A stretch of 64,000 nt of DNA from Geopsychrobacteraceae bacterium (GCA_963662315.1 OY759353.1:4448001-4512000), one strand, 5' to 3'. Shown: positions 38,787 through 49,937, counted from the stretch's first letter. Translations and numbers: made by a program. The notes: generated by a model from the sequence alone, not told the origin.

Positions 38787-40127
38787 TTACTTTTTCGTAT
38801 CTTCGGGAGTAAAGACTGAACCGAGACGTACCGTGTGAAAATCCGGGTAGGCGCTGGCGCCATGTTCAGAAAAGTCAAGGCCGGCAAGCTCTTCTTCCTT
38901 GGTAACTCGCATACCGATGACCATATCGATCCCTTTGAAGAGGATCAGGCCGCAGATCATGGCCCAGGCAAAACAGGCAACAATACCGATCACCTGAACA
39001 CCGATTGTGTGCAGGGAGAATCCAGCGGTATCGAACAGTCCGGCGGCGAGGGTTCCCCAGGCACCGCAAACACCGTGAACGGAAACAGCACCGACTGGAT
39101 CGTCAATTTTGATTTTGTCAAAGAACATAACAGAGAAGACAACCAGAACGCCGGCGATGGCGCCAATGATAACAGCAGACAGGGGGGTCACGTTAGCACA
39201 CCCGGCGGTGATCCCGACCAGGCCGGCGAGACAACCGTTCAGGGTCATACCGATATCGCTTTTGCCAAACTTGGCCCAGGTGTAAAGCATTGCGGTAACC
39301 GAACCTGCGGCTGCTGCCAGACAGGTGGTGACGGCAATCAAAGCGATAGATGTGTCACCCGTGGTGGTAGAACCAGGGTTGAAGCCGAACCAGCCGAAGA
39401 ACAACAGAAAAACACCGAGGGCGGCAATTGGAATATTGTGGCCGGGAATTGGTTTAACGTTGCCGTTTTTATCAAATTTACCGGCACGGGCGCCAACGAC
39501 GATAGCACCAGCCAGGGCCAGCCAGCCACCCATGGAGTGGACAACAGTTGAACCGGCAAAGTCGATAAAACCGAGACCTTCCAGCCAGCCACTACCATGA
39601 TAAAGGCTGCCCCAGGCCCAGCCACCAAAAATTGGGTAGATCAGGGCCGAAACAAAGATTGAGTAAACCATGTAGGCACTGAATTTGGTCCGTTCAGCAA
39701 CCGCACCGGAAATAATGGTGGCAGCAGTTGCTGCAAAGACAACCTGGAACATCCAGAAGGCGTAGTTCCACGCTTCGGCGTCACCAGTAGCTCCTCCGAA
39801 AAAGAAATCAGTGGTGCCGAAAAAGCCGTTGGTCGTGCCGAACATCAGACCGAAGCCGATAGCCCAGAAGGCCAGGGCGCCAACGGAGAAGTCCATCATG
39901 TTTTTCATCATGATGTTACAGGCGTTTTTCGCACGGGTGAACCCGGCTTCAACCATAGCAAAACCGGCCTGCATAAGGAAAACCAGGAAGGCTGCGATCA
40001 AGGTCCAGACAAAGTTGAGGTTGTTCTGAACCGCATCAGCTGTCAGCGGTTCAGCATCAGCAGCTAGGGACAGAAAGGGAAGGCCAAGCACGAGGGCGAT
40101 GGTCAAGAGTGAGGTTAGTTTTCTCAT
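38787..40127 (-). CDS. amtB: Ammonium transporter (copy 1)
   Basis: MQAGFAMVEAG, FQVVFAAT, DFAGSTVVH, GWFGFNPGS, IDDPVGAVSVH. Confidence 0.95.
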   Translation of the reverse strand: MRKLTSLLTIALVLGLPFLSLAADAEPLTADAVQNNLNFVWTLIAAFLVFLMQAGFAMVEAGFTRAKNACNIMMKNMMDFSVGALAFWAIGFGLMFGTTNGFFGTTDFFFGGATGDAEAWNYAFWMFQVVFAATAATIISGAVAERTKFSAYMVYSIFVSALIYPIFGGWAWGSLYHGSGWLEGLGFIDFAGSTVVHSMGGWLALAGAIVVGARAGKFDKNGNVKPIPGHNIPIAALGVFLLFFGWFGFNPGSTTTGDTSIALIAVTTCLAAAAGSVTAMLYTWAKFGKSDIGMTLNGCLAGLVGITAGCANVTPLSAVIIGAIAGVLVVFSVMFFDKIKIDDPVGAVSVHGVCGAWGTLAAGLFDTAGFSLHTIGVQVIGIVACFAWAMICGLILFKGIDMVIGMRVTKEEELAGLDFSEHGASAYPDFHTVRLGSVFTPEDTKK

Positions 40128-40179
40128 GGCAGATATCTCCTAAATCATTAAATCATGAGAGTGTGGACTAAATAGTCTA

Positions 40180-40656
<477 letters not shown>

Positions 40657-40819
40657 TTAGAGCTTCTCTAGCAAGTTGTTGAATAAAAACATCTGTGCAT
40701 TGCCGTTGCGGCGTTAAAAATGGACTCAAAATGTTTATCTGCTGGTGCCATCTCCGCAGTTTAGCCAATATTCGCCTTGCTCTTGCTGTTTTGATGACGT
40801 TTTTCTATTTCCTTGATAA

Positions 40820-40835
40820 TGCAGACTTTGTACCA
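40820..40835 (-). promoter_or_regulatory. sigma54 promoter of glnK1-amtB1
   Basis: TGGTAC-AAAGT-CTGCA. Confidence 0.75.
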
Positions 40836-40976
40836 ATTGAATGACAGAGAAAACTTAAGGGCTGCAGGTGCTGTTTCTCGTCTTTATGGCGAAAAAATAT
40901 ACATAAAAAGTTTTGGCTGCTTAAAAAATGGACTGGCAGGTGTGCCTGTTCTTGAGGCATACACCTGCAGCCAGAT

Positions 40977-42551
40977 TCAGATCTCAATATTTTTTTCGGG
41001 CAGAAATATTTCAAAGCAGCTGCCTTGCATCGTGGTATCAATGATTTTAAGGTGCCCTTCGTATTCGGTAATAATTTTCCGGCACAGATACAGTCCCAAC
41101 CCGGTTCCGGTTCCATCTTTACGTGAGGTAAAGAAGGGCTCGAAAACCTGTTCACGCAGCTTTTCGGGAATGCCGGGACCATTGTCACAAAAACGGACAT
41201 AAATGCCTTCACCCTTAACGTAGTCAGTGGAAATTCTTATGGCGCCACCATGGCCCATGGCCTGAATTGCATTGAGAATCAGGTTGATAAAAATCTGCTT
41301 GAACTTGTTATTGTCGATGTTTGCCAGTGGTAGAGGTGTAATTTCGTGACTGGCTTCTGTCTGGGTTTTGTTGATTTCATAGCGCAGCAGTTTGAGAATG
41401 TTGGCTATGGTGTCGTTCAGGTTGGTCAGTTTTTTACGACCTTCCTGAGAACCGGAATATGACAGCAGCTCTGAGGTCAGGCTCATCAGGCGTTCGACTT
41501 CGGTATCAATTCTTTCAAGCAGCTCCTGCTGGTCGACATTATAACCATCTTCGGCAAGCAGCAGCTCACAGGCATAGCTGATGACCGAAAGGGGATTGTT
41601 GATCTCGTGTGCAATGCCGGCACTCATGCGGCCGACTTCAGCAAGTTTCTCCGACTGTATGGTTTGGGCCAGCAATTGTTCAAATTCGGTAATATCCTCA
41701 ACAACGACGACGGCGCCAATGGTTTTTCCTGCTTCTTTGAGCGGTGCCAAAAAGCGCTTCTGGAGACGGTTTTCTCCTGTTTGCCCACGGTGAAGCAGGC
41801 GTAGTTTCTGGGCTTCGCCACCTTTAAGAACGATTCTCAGCCGCTCCGCAATTCCTTCTTCCTCCAGAGTCGGGAATAAGTCTGGGAGAGACCTGCCAAT
41901 GGCGTCTGTTGCTGGAATACGACTGATGTTCGCCATGCTTTCGTTCCATGATGTAATCCGCATATCGCGGTCGATGGTATAGACCCCAATGCTGATACTG
42001 GAGAGTATCTGGCGATTCAGATTGTGCAGAGTTTCATTTTTGCGATTGGCCGTACCTAATTCGCGGTACAAGCGGGCGTTGTCTATGGCAATGGCCGCTT
42101 GGCCTGCCAGAATTGACAAGGCATCACTATCATTGGCATTGAACGCTTCCTCAAGAGGGCTTTCAACGTTGAAGACACCGATGACGCGATCGCGGGCGAT
42201 AAGGGGCACCGCAAGTTCTGACCCGGCCGCTTCAATCCCCGGAATGTAGTCAAGATCCTGATGGACGTTCTGGATCAGGTACGGACGGCCATATTTGGCG
42301 GCCTTACCCATAATCCCTTCTCCAAGAGGGATCGGTTTTTCAACCGCGGTCTGATTGTAACCGAATGATGCAACCGCTTCGAGCTGCTGGCTGTCTTCGT
42401 TCAGCAAGCGGATGATGGCATTTTCAAAGTGAAAAACTTCGCGGGAAATATCAAGAATTCTGGACAGCAGGTGATCGACATCGGTGATCGCGGCCAATTC
42501 TTTGCCGACATCCAGCAGGGCCCGGAATAATTTTTGGTTCTGATCAGTCAT
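40977..42551 (-). CDS. Cytoplasmic GAF-PAS histidine kinase (GnfK-like)
   Basis: GAF and PAS regions, AHEINNPL H-box, NLILNA, DNGPGI, GTGLGL; located upstream of glnK-amtB. Confidence 0.85.
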   Translation of the reverse strand: MTDQNQKLFRALLDVGKELAAITDVDHLLSRILDISREVFHFENAIIRLLNEDSQQLEAVASFGYNQTAVEKPIPLGEGIMGKAAKYGRPYLIQNVHQDLDYIPGIEAAGSELAVPLIARDRVIGVFNVESPLEEAFNANDSDALSILAGQAAIAIDNARLYRELGTANRKNETLHNLNRQILSSISIGVYTIDRDMRITSWNESMANISRIPATDAIGRSLPDLFPTLEEEGIAERLRIVLKGGEAQKLRLLHRGQTGENRLQKRFLAPLKEAGKTIGAVVVVEDITEFEQLLAQTIQSEKLAEVGRMSAGIAHEINNPLSVISYACELLLAEDGYNVDQQELLERIDTEVERLMSLTSELLSYSGSQEGRKKLTNLNDTIANILKLLRYEINKTQTEASHEITPLPLANIDNNKFKQIFINLILNAIQAMGHGGAIRISTDYVKGEGIYVRFCDNGPGIPEKLREQVFEPFFTSRKDGTGTGLGLYLCRKIITEYEGHLKIIDTTMQGSCFEIFLPEKNIEI

Positions 42552-42617
42552 TGTTCAGTAACTCATTTCATTGCTTCAGCAAAACATCACGAAACTCTAG
42601 GAATGAGCTACTATTTA

Positions 42618-42633
42618 AGCATGGACAATGCCA
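42618..42633 (-). promoter_or_regulatory. sigma54 promoter of the kinase gene
   Basis: TGGCAT-TGTCC-ATGCT. Confidence 0.75.
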
Positions 42634-42669
42634 AAACTGATTAATCTGAATAAAACCTCTGTTTTTCAT

Positions 42670-42685
42670 TGGCGTGGTTTCTGCA
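42670..42685 (+). promoter_or_regulatory. sigma54 promoter of the glucosylglycerate phosphorylase gene
   Basis: TGGCGT-GGTTT-CTGCA, about 60 bp upstream of the ATG. Confidence 0.65.
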
Positions 42686-42746
42686 CGACAAATTCATATA
42701 AATTTTGTCATAATTCTATAGCCCAGTAGATAAAGAGGTTTTAATT

Positions 42747-44501
42747 ATGCTTCTGGTGCCATCCAAAACCAAGAACGAGGCCTTTAATATTCTGCAGTCC
42801 CGGCTGGAAAAGATCTATTCTGCTGAGATCGCTGCTGACCTGACCAAACGACTGGTAGCTGAAATTAGGCGACTGGGCAATGAGTCTGAAACGTCCGATA
42901 TAGAGCGGCTGTGGAATCAGGAAGATGTGCTGCTGATTACTTACGGGGACTCAATTCGCCGGGAGCAACAGCTGCCACTCCGGACATTGTGCCAATTTCT
43001 TAGGCAACGGCTGCACGGATTTGTCAATATTGTGCACATTCTGCCATTTTTCCCCTACAGTTCTGACGATGGCTTTGCCGTCACTGATTACGATCGGGTC
43101 AACCCCTTATTGGGGGACTGGGACGATGTCGCGTCGATCCATGAAACGTTTGATCTGATGTTTGACCTGGTGATCAACCATGTCTCCAGCCAGCATGCCT
43201 GGTTCGGTCAATTTATCCGTGGAGAACAGCCCGGCGCTGATTATTTTATTACACCACCAGCGGATGCCGAGTTAAGCAAGGTTGTCAGACCCCGGGAATC
43301 TCCTTTGTTGACCCCTGTTGCAACGGCCGCGGGGGCAAAGAATGTCTGGACGACCTTCAGCGCCGATCAGGTCGATGTTGATTTCAGCAATCCCGATGTC
43401 TTTTTTGCATATGTGCGGATCTTGATGAACTATCTGAAACATGGGGCGCGCCTGATCCGCCTCGATGCCATTGCTTTCTTATGGAAAGAGTATGGCACCA
43501 GTTGTATGAGTCTGCCGCAAACCCATGAGGCAGTGCGCGTGTTGCGCAACCTTATGGGAATCGCATTCCCTAAAAGTATTCTGCTGACCGAAACGAACGT
43601 TCCTCATCAACAGAATGTCAGTTACTTTGGTGACAGTGACGAAGCGCATATGGTTTACCAGTTCAGCCTGGCACCGTTGTTGCTGCACAGCCTGTATCGT
43701 GGCAATGCCAGTTATCTGAACGATTGGGCGCGCAGCTGTTGCTCCACTCCGCCTGGTTGTACTTTCCTGAATTTTACCGCGTCCCATGATGGTATTGGTA
43801 TGCGCCCCCTGGAAGGATTGATGCCGCAGGGGGAGATTGACCTGTTGCTTAACGGGATGGAAAAATTTGGCGGGTTGATCAGTTATCGAACCAATAATGA
43901 TGGTAGCAAAAGTGCCTATGAGATAAATATCACCTATTTTGATGCTCTGAAAGGGACCTGGATTGGGGAGGACAGTTGGCAGATCGCCAGGTTTTTGCTG
44001 GCCCAGACCTTGATGCTGGGCTTACGTGGCGTCCCGGCTTTTTACATTCACAGCCTGCTGGCAACGCCCAACGATTATGCCGGGGTCGAAAAGGGCGGTC
44101 GGGCGCGTCTGATCAATCGCCATCGCTGGGACCTTGAGGTGCTTGAACCGTTGCTGGGGGATTTTGAATCACCCCAGGCGATTGTCTTTAATGAATTGCG
44201 GCGGCGGATAAAAATCCGCACCCAGCAAAAGGCCTTTCATCCTGATGGGCGCCAACAGATTATCCATCTGGGCGATCAGATCTGTGGCTTCTGGCGCACC
44301 AGCCTTGACGGCCTGGAAAAGGTTTTGTGCGTCCACAACATGACTGACAAGTTGCTCCCGCTGTACCTGGAAGGACCATTGGAAGAGAGCCTGTCTGGTC
44401 ACTGGCTGGGGTTGCTCACCGGTGAAGAGGTGAACGGCCTGCAGTCTCTCGTGCAACTGCCGCCCTACCAGGTGCTGTGGCTGAAAAAGGTGGGGGAATG
44501 A
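42747..44501 (+). CDS. GH13_18 phosphorylase, probably glucosylglycerate phosphorylase
   Basis: LITYGDS, HILPFFPYSSDDGF, RLDA, TETN, HDGIG, YEIN (TETN/YEIN instead of the sucrose-phosphorylase EIH/YQVN). Confidence 0.85.
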   Translation: MLLVPSKTKNEAFNILQSRLEKIYSAEIAADLTKRLVAEIRRLGNESETSDIERLWNQEDVLLITYGDSIRREQQLPLRTLCQFLRQRLHGFVNIVHILPFFPYSSDDGFAVTDYDRVNPLLGDWDDVASIHETFDLMFDLVINHVSSQHAWFGQFIRGEQPGADYFITPPADAELSKVVRPRESPLLTPVATAAGAKNVWTTFSADQVDVDFSNPDVFFAYVRILMNYLKHGARLIRLDAIAFLWKEYGTSCMSLPQTHEAVRVLRNLMGIAFPKSILLTETNVPHQQNVSYFGDSDEAHMVYQFSLAPLLLHSLYRGNASYLNDWARSCCSTPPGCTFLNFTASHDGIGMRPLEGLMPQGEIDLLLNGMEKFGGLISYRTNNDGSKSAYEINITYFDALKGTWIGEDSWQIARFLLAQTLMLGLRGVPAFYIHSLLATPNDYAGVEKGGRARLINRHRWDLEVLEPLLGDFESPQAIVFNELRRRIKIRTQQKAFHPDGRQQIIHLGDQICGFWRTSLDGLEKVLCVHNMTDKLLPLYLEGPLEESLSGHWLGLLTGEEVNGLQSLVQLPPYQVLWLKKVGE

Positions 44502-44601
44502 ATTCAAAATTCAGGTGTTCGGAAACAGATCTCTCGGTGAATCTCGTCTCTTTACGGTGCAATAGGTTTAGTAGTTCAATCTGAAATTTCAAATATGAAA
44601 T

Positions 44602-45922
44602 CACTACTGTCCGGTTAAAAAGTCGGATAGTGCTGTAAGTTACTGATAATAATTGTTCTTTGACATAACTGTTCCGTTTTCGATTTGAATTCGCCCCATG
44701 AATATGGGGAGATACCATCCATTATCGCAGGAGGTATCGATGAATTCAGGCCAAACCGTTTTCAGGCAACTGCTGCAGTTTCTGCCACGTCACGATTTCA
44801 ATTTGTGCGTTCACCGTTATCGGGGCGATTACAGAGCCAGAAAGTTTTCGACATTCGATCAATTTCTGTGCCTCGCTTATGCCCAAATGGCCAGCCGTGA
44901 AAGCTTGCGAGATATCGAAACCTGCTTGAACTCTCACCGAGAGAAGCTTTACCACATCGGCTTTCGCGGTTCCGTGTCCCGCTCAACTCTGGCAGATGCC
45001 AGTGAGCGCAGGGACTGGCGCATCTTTCAGGACTTCGGCCATATTCTAATACACATGGCGCAGCAACTTTACTGTGACGAACCATTTGCCCTTGAACTTG
45101 GCCAGCCACTGTATGCTTTTGATTCAACGACCATTGATCTGTGCCTGTCTCTATTCCCATGGGCAGAATACAAAACGACGAAGTCCGCGGTTAAAATGCA
45201 TACTCTGCTTGATCTGCGAGGAACCATTCCGACCTATGTCGCCGTCACAACAGGCAAAGTACATGATGTCCGAATGTTGGATTCTCTGCCGGTAACAGAG
45301 AATGCCATTTACACCATGGACAAGGCCTATACCGACTTCTCGCGACTCTATGCGCTGCATCAACAAGGAGGTTTCTTCGTCATCAGGGCAAAAGACAATT
45401 TGCGTTACAGGCGACTTTATTCCGCAGACAAAGACAAGTCAGCCGGAATCAAAGCTGACCAGACGATTGTCCTAGTCACTCCCAAATCGAAAAAGGACTA
45501 TCCGGAAAAGTTCCGCCGGGTCAGTTATGTTGACAAAGATCGAAATAAACACCTGGTCTTTTTGACCAACAATTTTACGATTTCAGCAGCTACAGTTGCC
45601 GAAGTCTATAAGCAGCGCTGGCAGGTAGAGCTGTTTTTCAAATGGGTTAAGCAGCACCTGCGGATCAAATCGTTTTACGGGACATCGATCAACGGCGTAA
45701 AGAGCCAGATATGGGTAGCGCTGTGCATTTACCTTCTGGTTGTTATTGCGAAGAAAAAGCTCAAAATCCCGTGTGAGCTCTACACTTTTTTACAGATCCT
45801 GGAGGTCAATTTGTTTGAGAAAAAGCCCATTTCTTCACTGGTTGCTGATGCTCTCAAGCAAATTCAAGATCTCCCTGATAGTAACCAGCTGGATTTATTC
45901 AGCTATTAACCGGACAGCAGTG
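44602..45922 (+). mobile_element. Complete IS4-family insertion sequence (1321 bp)
   Basis: 17-bp terminal IRs CACTACTGTCCGGTTAA / CACTGCTGTCCGGTTAA (1 mismatch); 9-bp target duplication ATATGAAAT (44593-44601, 45923-45931). Confidence 0.95.
44740..45909 (+). CDS. IS4-family DDE transposase
   Basis: DSTTID, MDKAY, YKQRWQVELFFK (YREK motif); RBS AGGAGG. Confidence 0.95.
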   Translation: MNSGQTVFRQLLQFLPRHDFNLCVHRYRGDYRARKFSTFDQFLCLAYAQMASRESLRDIETCLNSHREKLYHIGFRGSVSRSTLADASERRDWRIFQDFGHILIHMAQQLYCDEPFALELGQPLYAFDSTTIDLCLSLFPWAEYKTTKSAVKMHTLLDLRGTIPTYVAVTTGKVHDVRMLDSLPVTENAIYTMDKAYTDFSRLYALHQQGGFFVIRAKDNLRYRRLYSADKDKSAGIKADQTIVLVTPKSKKDYPEKFRRVSYVDKDRNKHLVFLTNNFTISAATVAEVYKQRWQVELFFKWVKQHLRIKSFYGTSINGVKSQIWVALCIYLLVVIAKKKLKIPCELYTFLQILEVNLFEKKPISSLVADALKQIQDLPDSNQLDLFSY

Positions 45923-45961
45923 ATATGAAATATAAAATCGCGAGGGCATCTGCCCTCGTGA

Positions 45962-46687
45962 TCAGCTATGCCGATGGGGCACTTCCCCATGAATGTGCGC
46001 GTGGGTATGCTGGTGAATTGAGACCGGTTGGTCTGTTAGAATCCTGCCCTTTTCAAGGGCGTAAATCTTGCGGGTGGCGCGGGTTAAAAACTCGAAATCG
46101 TGGGAAATGACAACGTAGGTGATATCCAGATTCAGTAAAATCTGCAGCAGATTTTCGCGGGTTTTTTCATCAAGACCGTTGGTGGGTTCATCAAGCAGCA
46201 GAATGTCCGGCTTCATAGCCAAGAGGGTCGCCAGTGAGACCAGTTTTTTCTCTCCTCCGGATAATCTGTGGGTCAGGCGTTGCTCAAACCCCTGCAGTCC
46301 CAACAGATTCAGCGTTTCCATTGCGGTTGCTTTGGCTTGTTCAGGTGAAAGCCCCAGATTCAGCGGCCCAAAAGCAACATCCTCAATAACCGTGGGGCAG
46401 AACAGTTGATCGTCTGCGTCCTGAAACAGCAGCCCGATCTTTTTGCGCACCCGAAGATAGTCCTTCTTGTCCCTAAGTGGGCGACCAAACGCTTCAACGT
46501 GACCTGCTTCGGGTTTCAGTAAGCCGACGGCCAGATGGAACAGGGTCGTTTTGCCGATGCCATTGGAGCCGGTCAGCCCGATACGATCCCCCGCGAATAA
46601 CTCGAAATCCAGATGTTTCAGAACCGTATGGTTCCCGGCGTAGGAAAAGGCGATATCGGAAAATTTTAAAACAGGTGTGTTTGCCAT
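45962..46687 (-). CDS. ECF transporter ATPase (NikO/CbiO)
   Basis: GSNGIGKT, FQDADDQLF, LSGGEK, LDEPT; His-rich C-terminus. Confidence 0.92.
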   Translation of the reverse strand: MANTPVLKFSDIAFSYAGNHTVLKHLDFELFAGDRIGLTGSNGIGKTTLFHLAVGLLKPEAGHVEAFGRPLRDKKDYLRVRKKIGLLFQDADDQLFCPTVIEDVAFGPLNLGLSPEQAKATAMETLNLLGLQGFEQRLTHRLSGGEKKLVSLATLLAMKPDILLLDEPTNGLDEKTRENLLQILLNLDITYVVISHDFEFLTRATRKIYALEKGRILTDQPVSIHQHTHAHIHGEVPHRHS

Positions 46688-47427
46688 GGGAGTACAACCA
46701 GACCGAGAATGATGAAAACAAAAAGAACGAGCCAGCCATAATCCCGGCGGCGGAAGGAACTTGTTTCCAGACAGAGAAAGCGTCCCTGAAAACCCCGGCA
46801 CAACATCGCTTTGTGAACTTGGTCCGCGCGCAGGTATGAACGCACAAACAGCATACCGACCAGGTATGCATAGGTCCGATACGTGTGCAGATTGGTTCCG
46901 GCCTGAAAACAGCGCAGCTGGACAGCTTTTTCCAGACGGCGGTATTCCTGTTCAATGACAAAGATGTAACGATAGCAGAACAGCAGCAGGTAGACCAGCT
47001 TTTCCGGGAGATACAGTTGCTGCAATCCTTGTCCCAGGGCTGTTACCGTTGTACTGACGGCCAGGGCCATAAAAATAAGCATAATCGCAAGGGATTTCAG
47101 GACAACTTGGCCGACCAGCAGGAGTCCCTGCTGAGTCAGTGTCAGCGGGCCATAGGTCCAGATGGCTGTTCCATTGATGGTAAAAGGAAGAACCAGGCCT
47201 AAAAAGAGCAGAAAACCGCAGGCCGGCAGCAGCCGTTTCAACATTTCTATGGTCGGCAGATGCGTCAGGCGGATCAGGGCCAGGGCGCTCAGCAGGCCAA
47301 ATACAAGTGCTGCCCAACTGTTTGTCAGGGCGACCGTAAAAGAAAACACGACCGCAAAGATAATTTTGACGCGGATATTAATCCGCGCAAAGGGGGATTC
47401 CAATATGATGAGCGGTTCAAGAAGCAT
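46666..47427 (-). CDS. ECF transporter T component (NikQ/CbiQ)
   Basis: YRYIFV, AVQLRCF and AMLCRGF motifs. Confidence 0.9.
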   Translation of the reverse strand: MLLEPLIILESPFARINIRVKIIFAVVFSFTVALTNSWAALVFGLLSALALIRLTHLPTIEMLKRLLPACGFLLFLGLVLPFTINGTAIWTYGPLTLTQQGLLLVGQVVLKSLAIMLIFMALAVSTTVTALGQGLQQLYLPEKLVYLLLFCYRYIFVIEQEYRRLEKAVQLRCFQAGTNLHTYRTYAYLVGMLFVRSYLRADQVHKAMLCRGFQGRFLCLETSSFRRRDYGWLVLFVFIILGLVVLPWQTHLF

Positions 47428-47507
47428 AATTCATGGCACGCCACGTGCTGCTGTTTGTACGTTATGTCGAAATGATTAAAAAACTTGCTCAAAAAATCCT
47501 GGTCCCC

Positions 47508-48116
47508 TCAAGGACGTTGTTTCCGAGACTGAACCCAGGCGGCAACGCCGATCAAACCGGCAATGTAGCCTAATCCGGCAATGATGTCATGCAATGAAGG
47601 CCCGGTCTGGTTCATTTCCGCCAGCAGATGGCTGATCGGTTTGAGTTTGCGATCGAGCACTTTTTCGATGGTTGCTTCCAACAGAGCAGAATTCTGCACA
47701 CTGCTCTGTGATTGAACAGATGCTTGCGCAGCTTTGGTGACGGCGGGTTGCGGGAGATTCTGTTCCGGCTGGTCACTCAGTTCACTTAAGGGGATGGTCC
47801 ATTCAGCACGATGCCCCATGGCCGCATCGAGGACGACTTTTAATGCACTTTTTGCCGGTATAGGAAAGGAAAATTCTCCGTTGTCATCCGTCTGGCCGCT
47901 TAGCAGTTCAGTACCCGTACTGTCATAAACGCTGATTTTACCTCTGTTGACCTTGGTCCCGGCGCCAAACTTACTCTGGGTAAAAACTTGGCCATCCTCA
48001 ACCCAGGCAAAAACCGTGACCCGGTGGGCATAAGCTGGTGTTGATATAAAAGGCGTTACATTGGCAGCAAGGCACAGCATAAACATGACAAAGGTTTTGC
48101 GTAGAGCATGATTCAT
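47508..48116 (-). CDS. NikL/CbiL-type additional ECF component
   Basis: Signal peptide then AHRVTVFAW; C-terminal TM helix GLGYIAGL; lies between the M and Q genes. Confidence 0.7.
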   Translation of the reverse strand: MNHALRKTFVMFMLCLAANVTPFISTPAYAHRVTVFAWVEDGQVFTQSKFGAGTKVNRGKISVYDSTGTELLSGQTDDNGEFSFPIPAKSALKVVLDAAMGHRAEWTIPLSELSDQPEQNLPQPAVTKAAQASVQSQSSVQNSALLEATIEKVLDRKLKPISHLLAEMNQTGPSLHDIIAGLGYIAGLIGVAAWVQSRKQRP

Positions 48117-48739
48117 GGCATTTTCCAATCTGTTCCCTGTTTCACTGGGGGGAGTATTTCCGGAAGGACTTTGTGCAGGAATCCGACGCAGAATGCGCTG
48201 ATAATTCCTTCAATCACCATGACGGGTAAATGTGCGGATGCCAGCATTATCGCCGCTTCTGAAAAATCGTTATTGGCAGAAATCAGAGCAACTGCCGCCA
48301 GGAGGGCGGCTAGAAGTACGGCAACAAAGCCGGTCGCAAAGGCGGCTGGTAATATCAGCTTCGGTTTAAAGCGCACTGTCGTTGTATAGATATAATATCC
48401 GACAACCGCAGGTGCAGCCATGATGACCGTATTGACCCCGAGGGTCGTAATGCCTCCGTACTGAAACAGTACGGCCTGGAGCAGCAGGGCGACCAGAATG
48501 ACCGGAAAGGCGCTCCATCCCAGCAACAGGCCAACCAGTCCATTGAGGATCAAGTGGACATTGGACGGACCGATGGGGACATGGATCAAAGACGCGACAA
48601 AAAAAGCGGCTGCGAACAGGCCGGCTTGGCCAATGCGATCAAAATCCAGTTTTTTAAGGCCGATAGCGGTACCGACGGTGGCAAGGGCAGCGCCACTGAA
48701 AATGACTGGGCCAGACAAAACGCCTTCTGAAATATGCAT
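48113..48739 (-). CDS. ECF S component (NikM/CbiM)
   Basis: N-terminal MHISEG metal-binding motif; HVP...VH; GGITTLGVN. Confidence 0.92.
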   Translation of the reverse strand: MHISEGVLSGPVIFSGAALATVGTAIGLKKLDFDRIGQAGLFAAAFFVASLIHVPIGPSNVHLILNGLVGLLLGWSAFPVILVALLLQAVLFQYGGITTLGVNTVIMAAPAVVGYYIYTTTVRFKPKLILPAAFATGFVAVLLAALLAAVALISANNDFSEAAIMLASAHLPVMVIEGIISAFCVGFLHKVLPEILPPVKQGTDWKMP

Positions 48740-48823
48740 GACTGAATTCTCTATTAGAATAAGATGGTAAGCGAACATGTCAGCCCGGTCGGCAGGACGT
48801 TAGCTTACCTGTGGCTGTTGGAG

Positions 48824-49603
48824 TTATTTACCGGCCCATTCAAAAAATTCAAGCCACAGAACCGCACCGAGTTCAACGTCTTTTTCTTCTCCTTCATGGG
48901 CAATTCTTTCAGCCGCCGTATTCAGGGCGGCAAAGCCCCACCATCCGGCTGCCGGAGGGGTGTAGGTGAAGACCCCGTTTGCATCGGCTTTAACGACCTG
49001 AGTGATGAAATAGTCGCTTGGCGCCTGTACGGTTTTATCGCGGTTATAAAATTCAACCTCAACTTCGGCAAAAGGAACCACTTTGCCGTCTAATTTAACG
49101 ATCCCCTGAAAGCTGTTGCCGGCATACAGACCGAAGGGGCGAGTGAGGGGGACAATTTCCGTTTTCAGCCCGAGTTCCTGGTCCCACCCTTCTTCGTCAC
49201 CAAAGGCGGCGACTATGGTTTTGGTGTAATGGATGATGAAACAGTCTTCTGCTGGTTCCCAATAGGGTTGTGGTTCCATGTAAAACTGGTAAACCCCCGG
49301 TCTTTTTACCGGGTAATCGATAGCCCAGGCCTGTTCTCCCATGATTTGAGCCTGCCTAAGCTGGGGGAGCAGGTCGAAGGTCTTTTCCTGCGTATGCACG
49401 CTGAGCACGGCCGGTTTGACCAGGGGCATGCCGATTGTCTCAAAAGGGTGAGAAAATGATGCCTCAATGTGGATCGTTCTTTTGTCGCCCTGCATAACCA
49501 TGGAATCGGATGGGATCAGCATGCCGAAGTGGGCCAGGGCGGGGGTGGTTAGTGCGAGGGAAAAGGACAGTCCCAGCAGAATTAAAGATATACGTTGTTT
49601 CAT
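48824..49603 (-). CDS. Periplasmic DUF4198/NikK-type protein
   Basis: Signal peptide then [28 protein letters not shown]. Confidence 0.8.
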   Translation of the reverse strand: MKQRISLILLGLSFSLALTTPALAHFGMLIPSDSMVMQGDKRTIHIEASFSHPFETIGMPLVKPAVLSVHTQEKTFDLLPQLRQAQIMGEQAWAIDYPVKRPGVYQFYMEPQPYWEPAEDCFIIHYTKTIVAAFGDEEGWDQELGLKTEIVPLTRPFGLYAGNSFQGIVKLDGKVVPFAEVEVEFYNRDKTVQAPSDYFITQVVKADANGVFTYTPPAAGWWGFAALNTAAERIAHEGEEKDVELGAVLWLEFFEWAGK

Positions 49604-49651
49604 CGCCTTCCTCCGTTACTTGATTGTATTGTCAATTCAGTGGATGAGACC

Positions 49652-49678
49652 GTAGCACGAAAATAAAAATCGTAACAG
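49652..49678 (-). promoter_or_regulatory. NikR-like operator
   Basis: CTGTTAC-N13-GTGCTAC, matching the GTG(T/C)TAC-N13-GTG(C/T)TAC box reported for Geobacter NikR (recalled, not searched). Confidence 0.65.
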
Positions 49679-49709
49679 GGGAAAGTTGATTTAATGATTT
49701 TATTGCAAC

Positions 49710-49800
49710 AGGCAAAGGCCAATTCGCGGGGACGCGCCCCCCGCCCGGCGCCCAACTTTTTGTCACAATCACGCCACAAAAAGTAGGCAAAAAGGGCGCT
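49710..49800 (-). repeat. Dispersed palindromic (REP-like) element, copy 2
   Basis: Reverse complement CCCTTTTTGCCTACTTTTT...GACAAAAAGT...CGGGGGGCGCGTCCCC resembles 6054-6140. Confidence 0.5.
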
Positions 49801-49937
49801 CTTAAAAATCTCCGGGTCGAGTGTCGCTCCGTTGTCACAACCGCCGGCAACTTAGTAGCCGGCCTGACGGCTCAAGGCGCGCCTGATGGCCAGAAACCGG
49901 CGACCTTGTTTTAAAATTTCGAAATTTTCAGATAGAC

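Noticed and set aside
42747..44501. Sucrose phosphorylase or alpha-amylase
   Set aside because: TETN/YEIN motifs and nearby gpgS/gpgP point to glucosylglycerate phosphorylase
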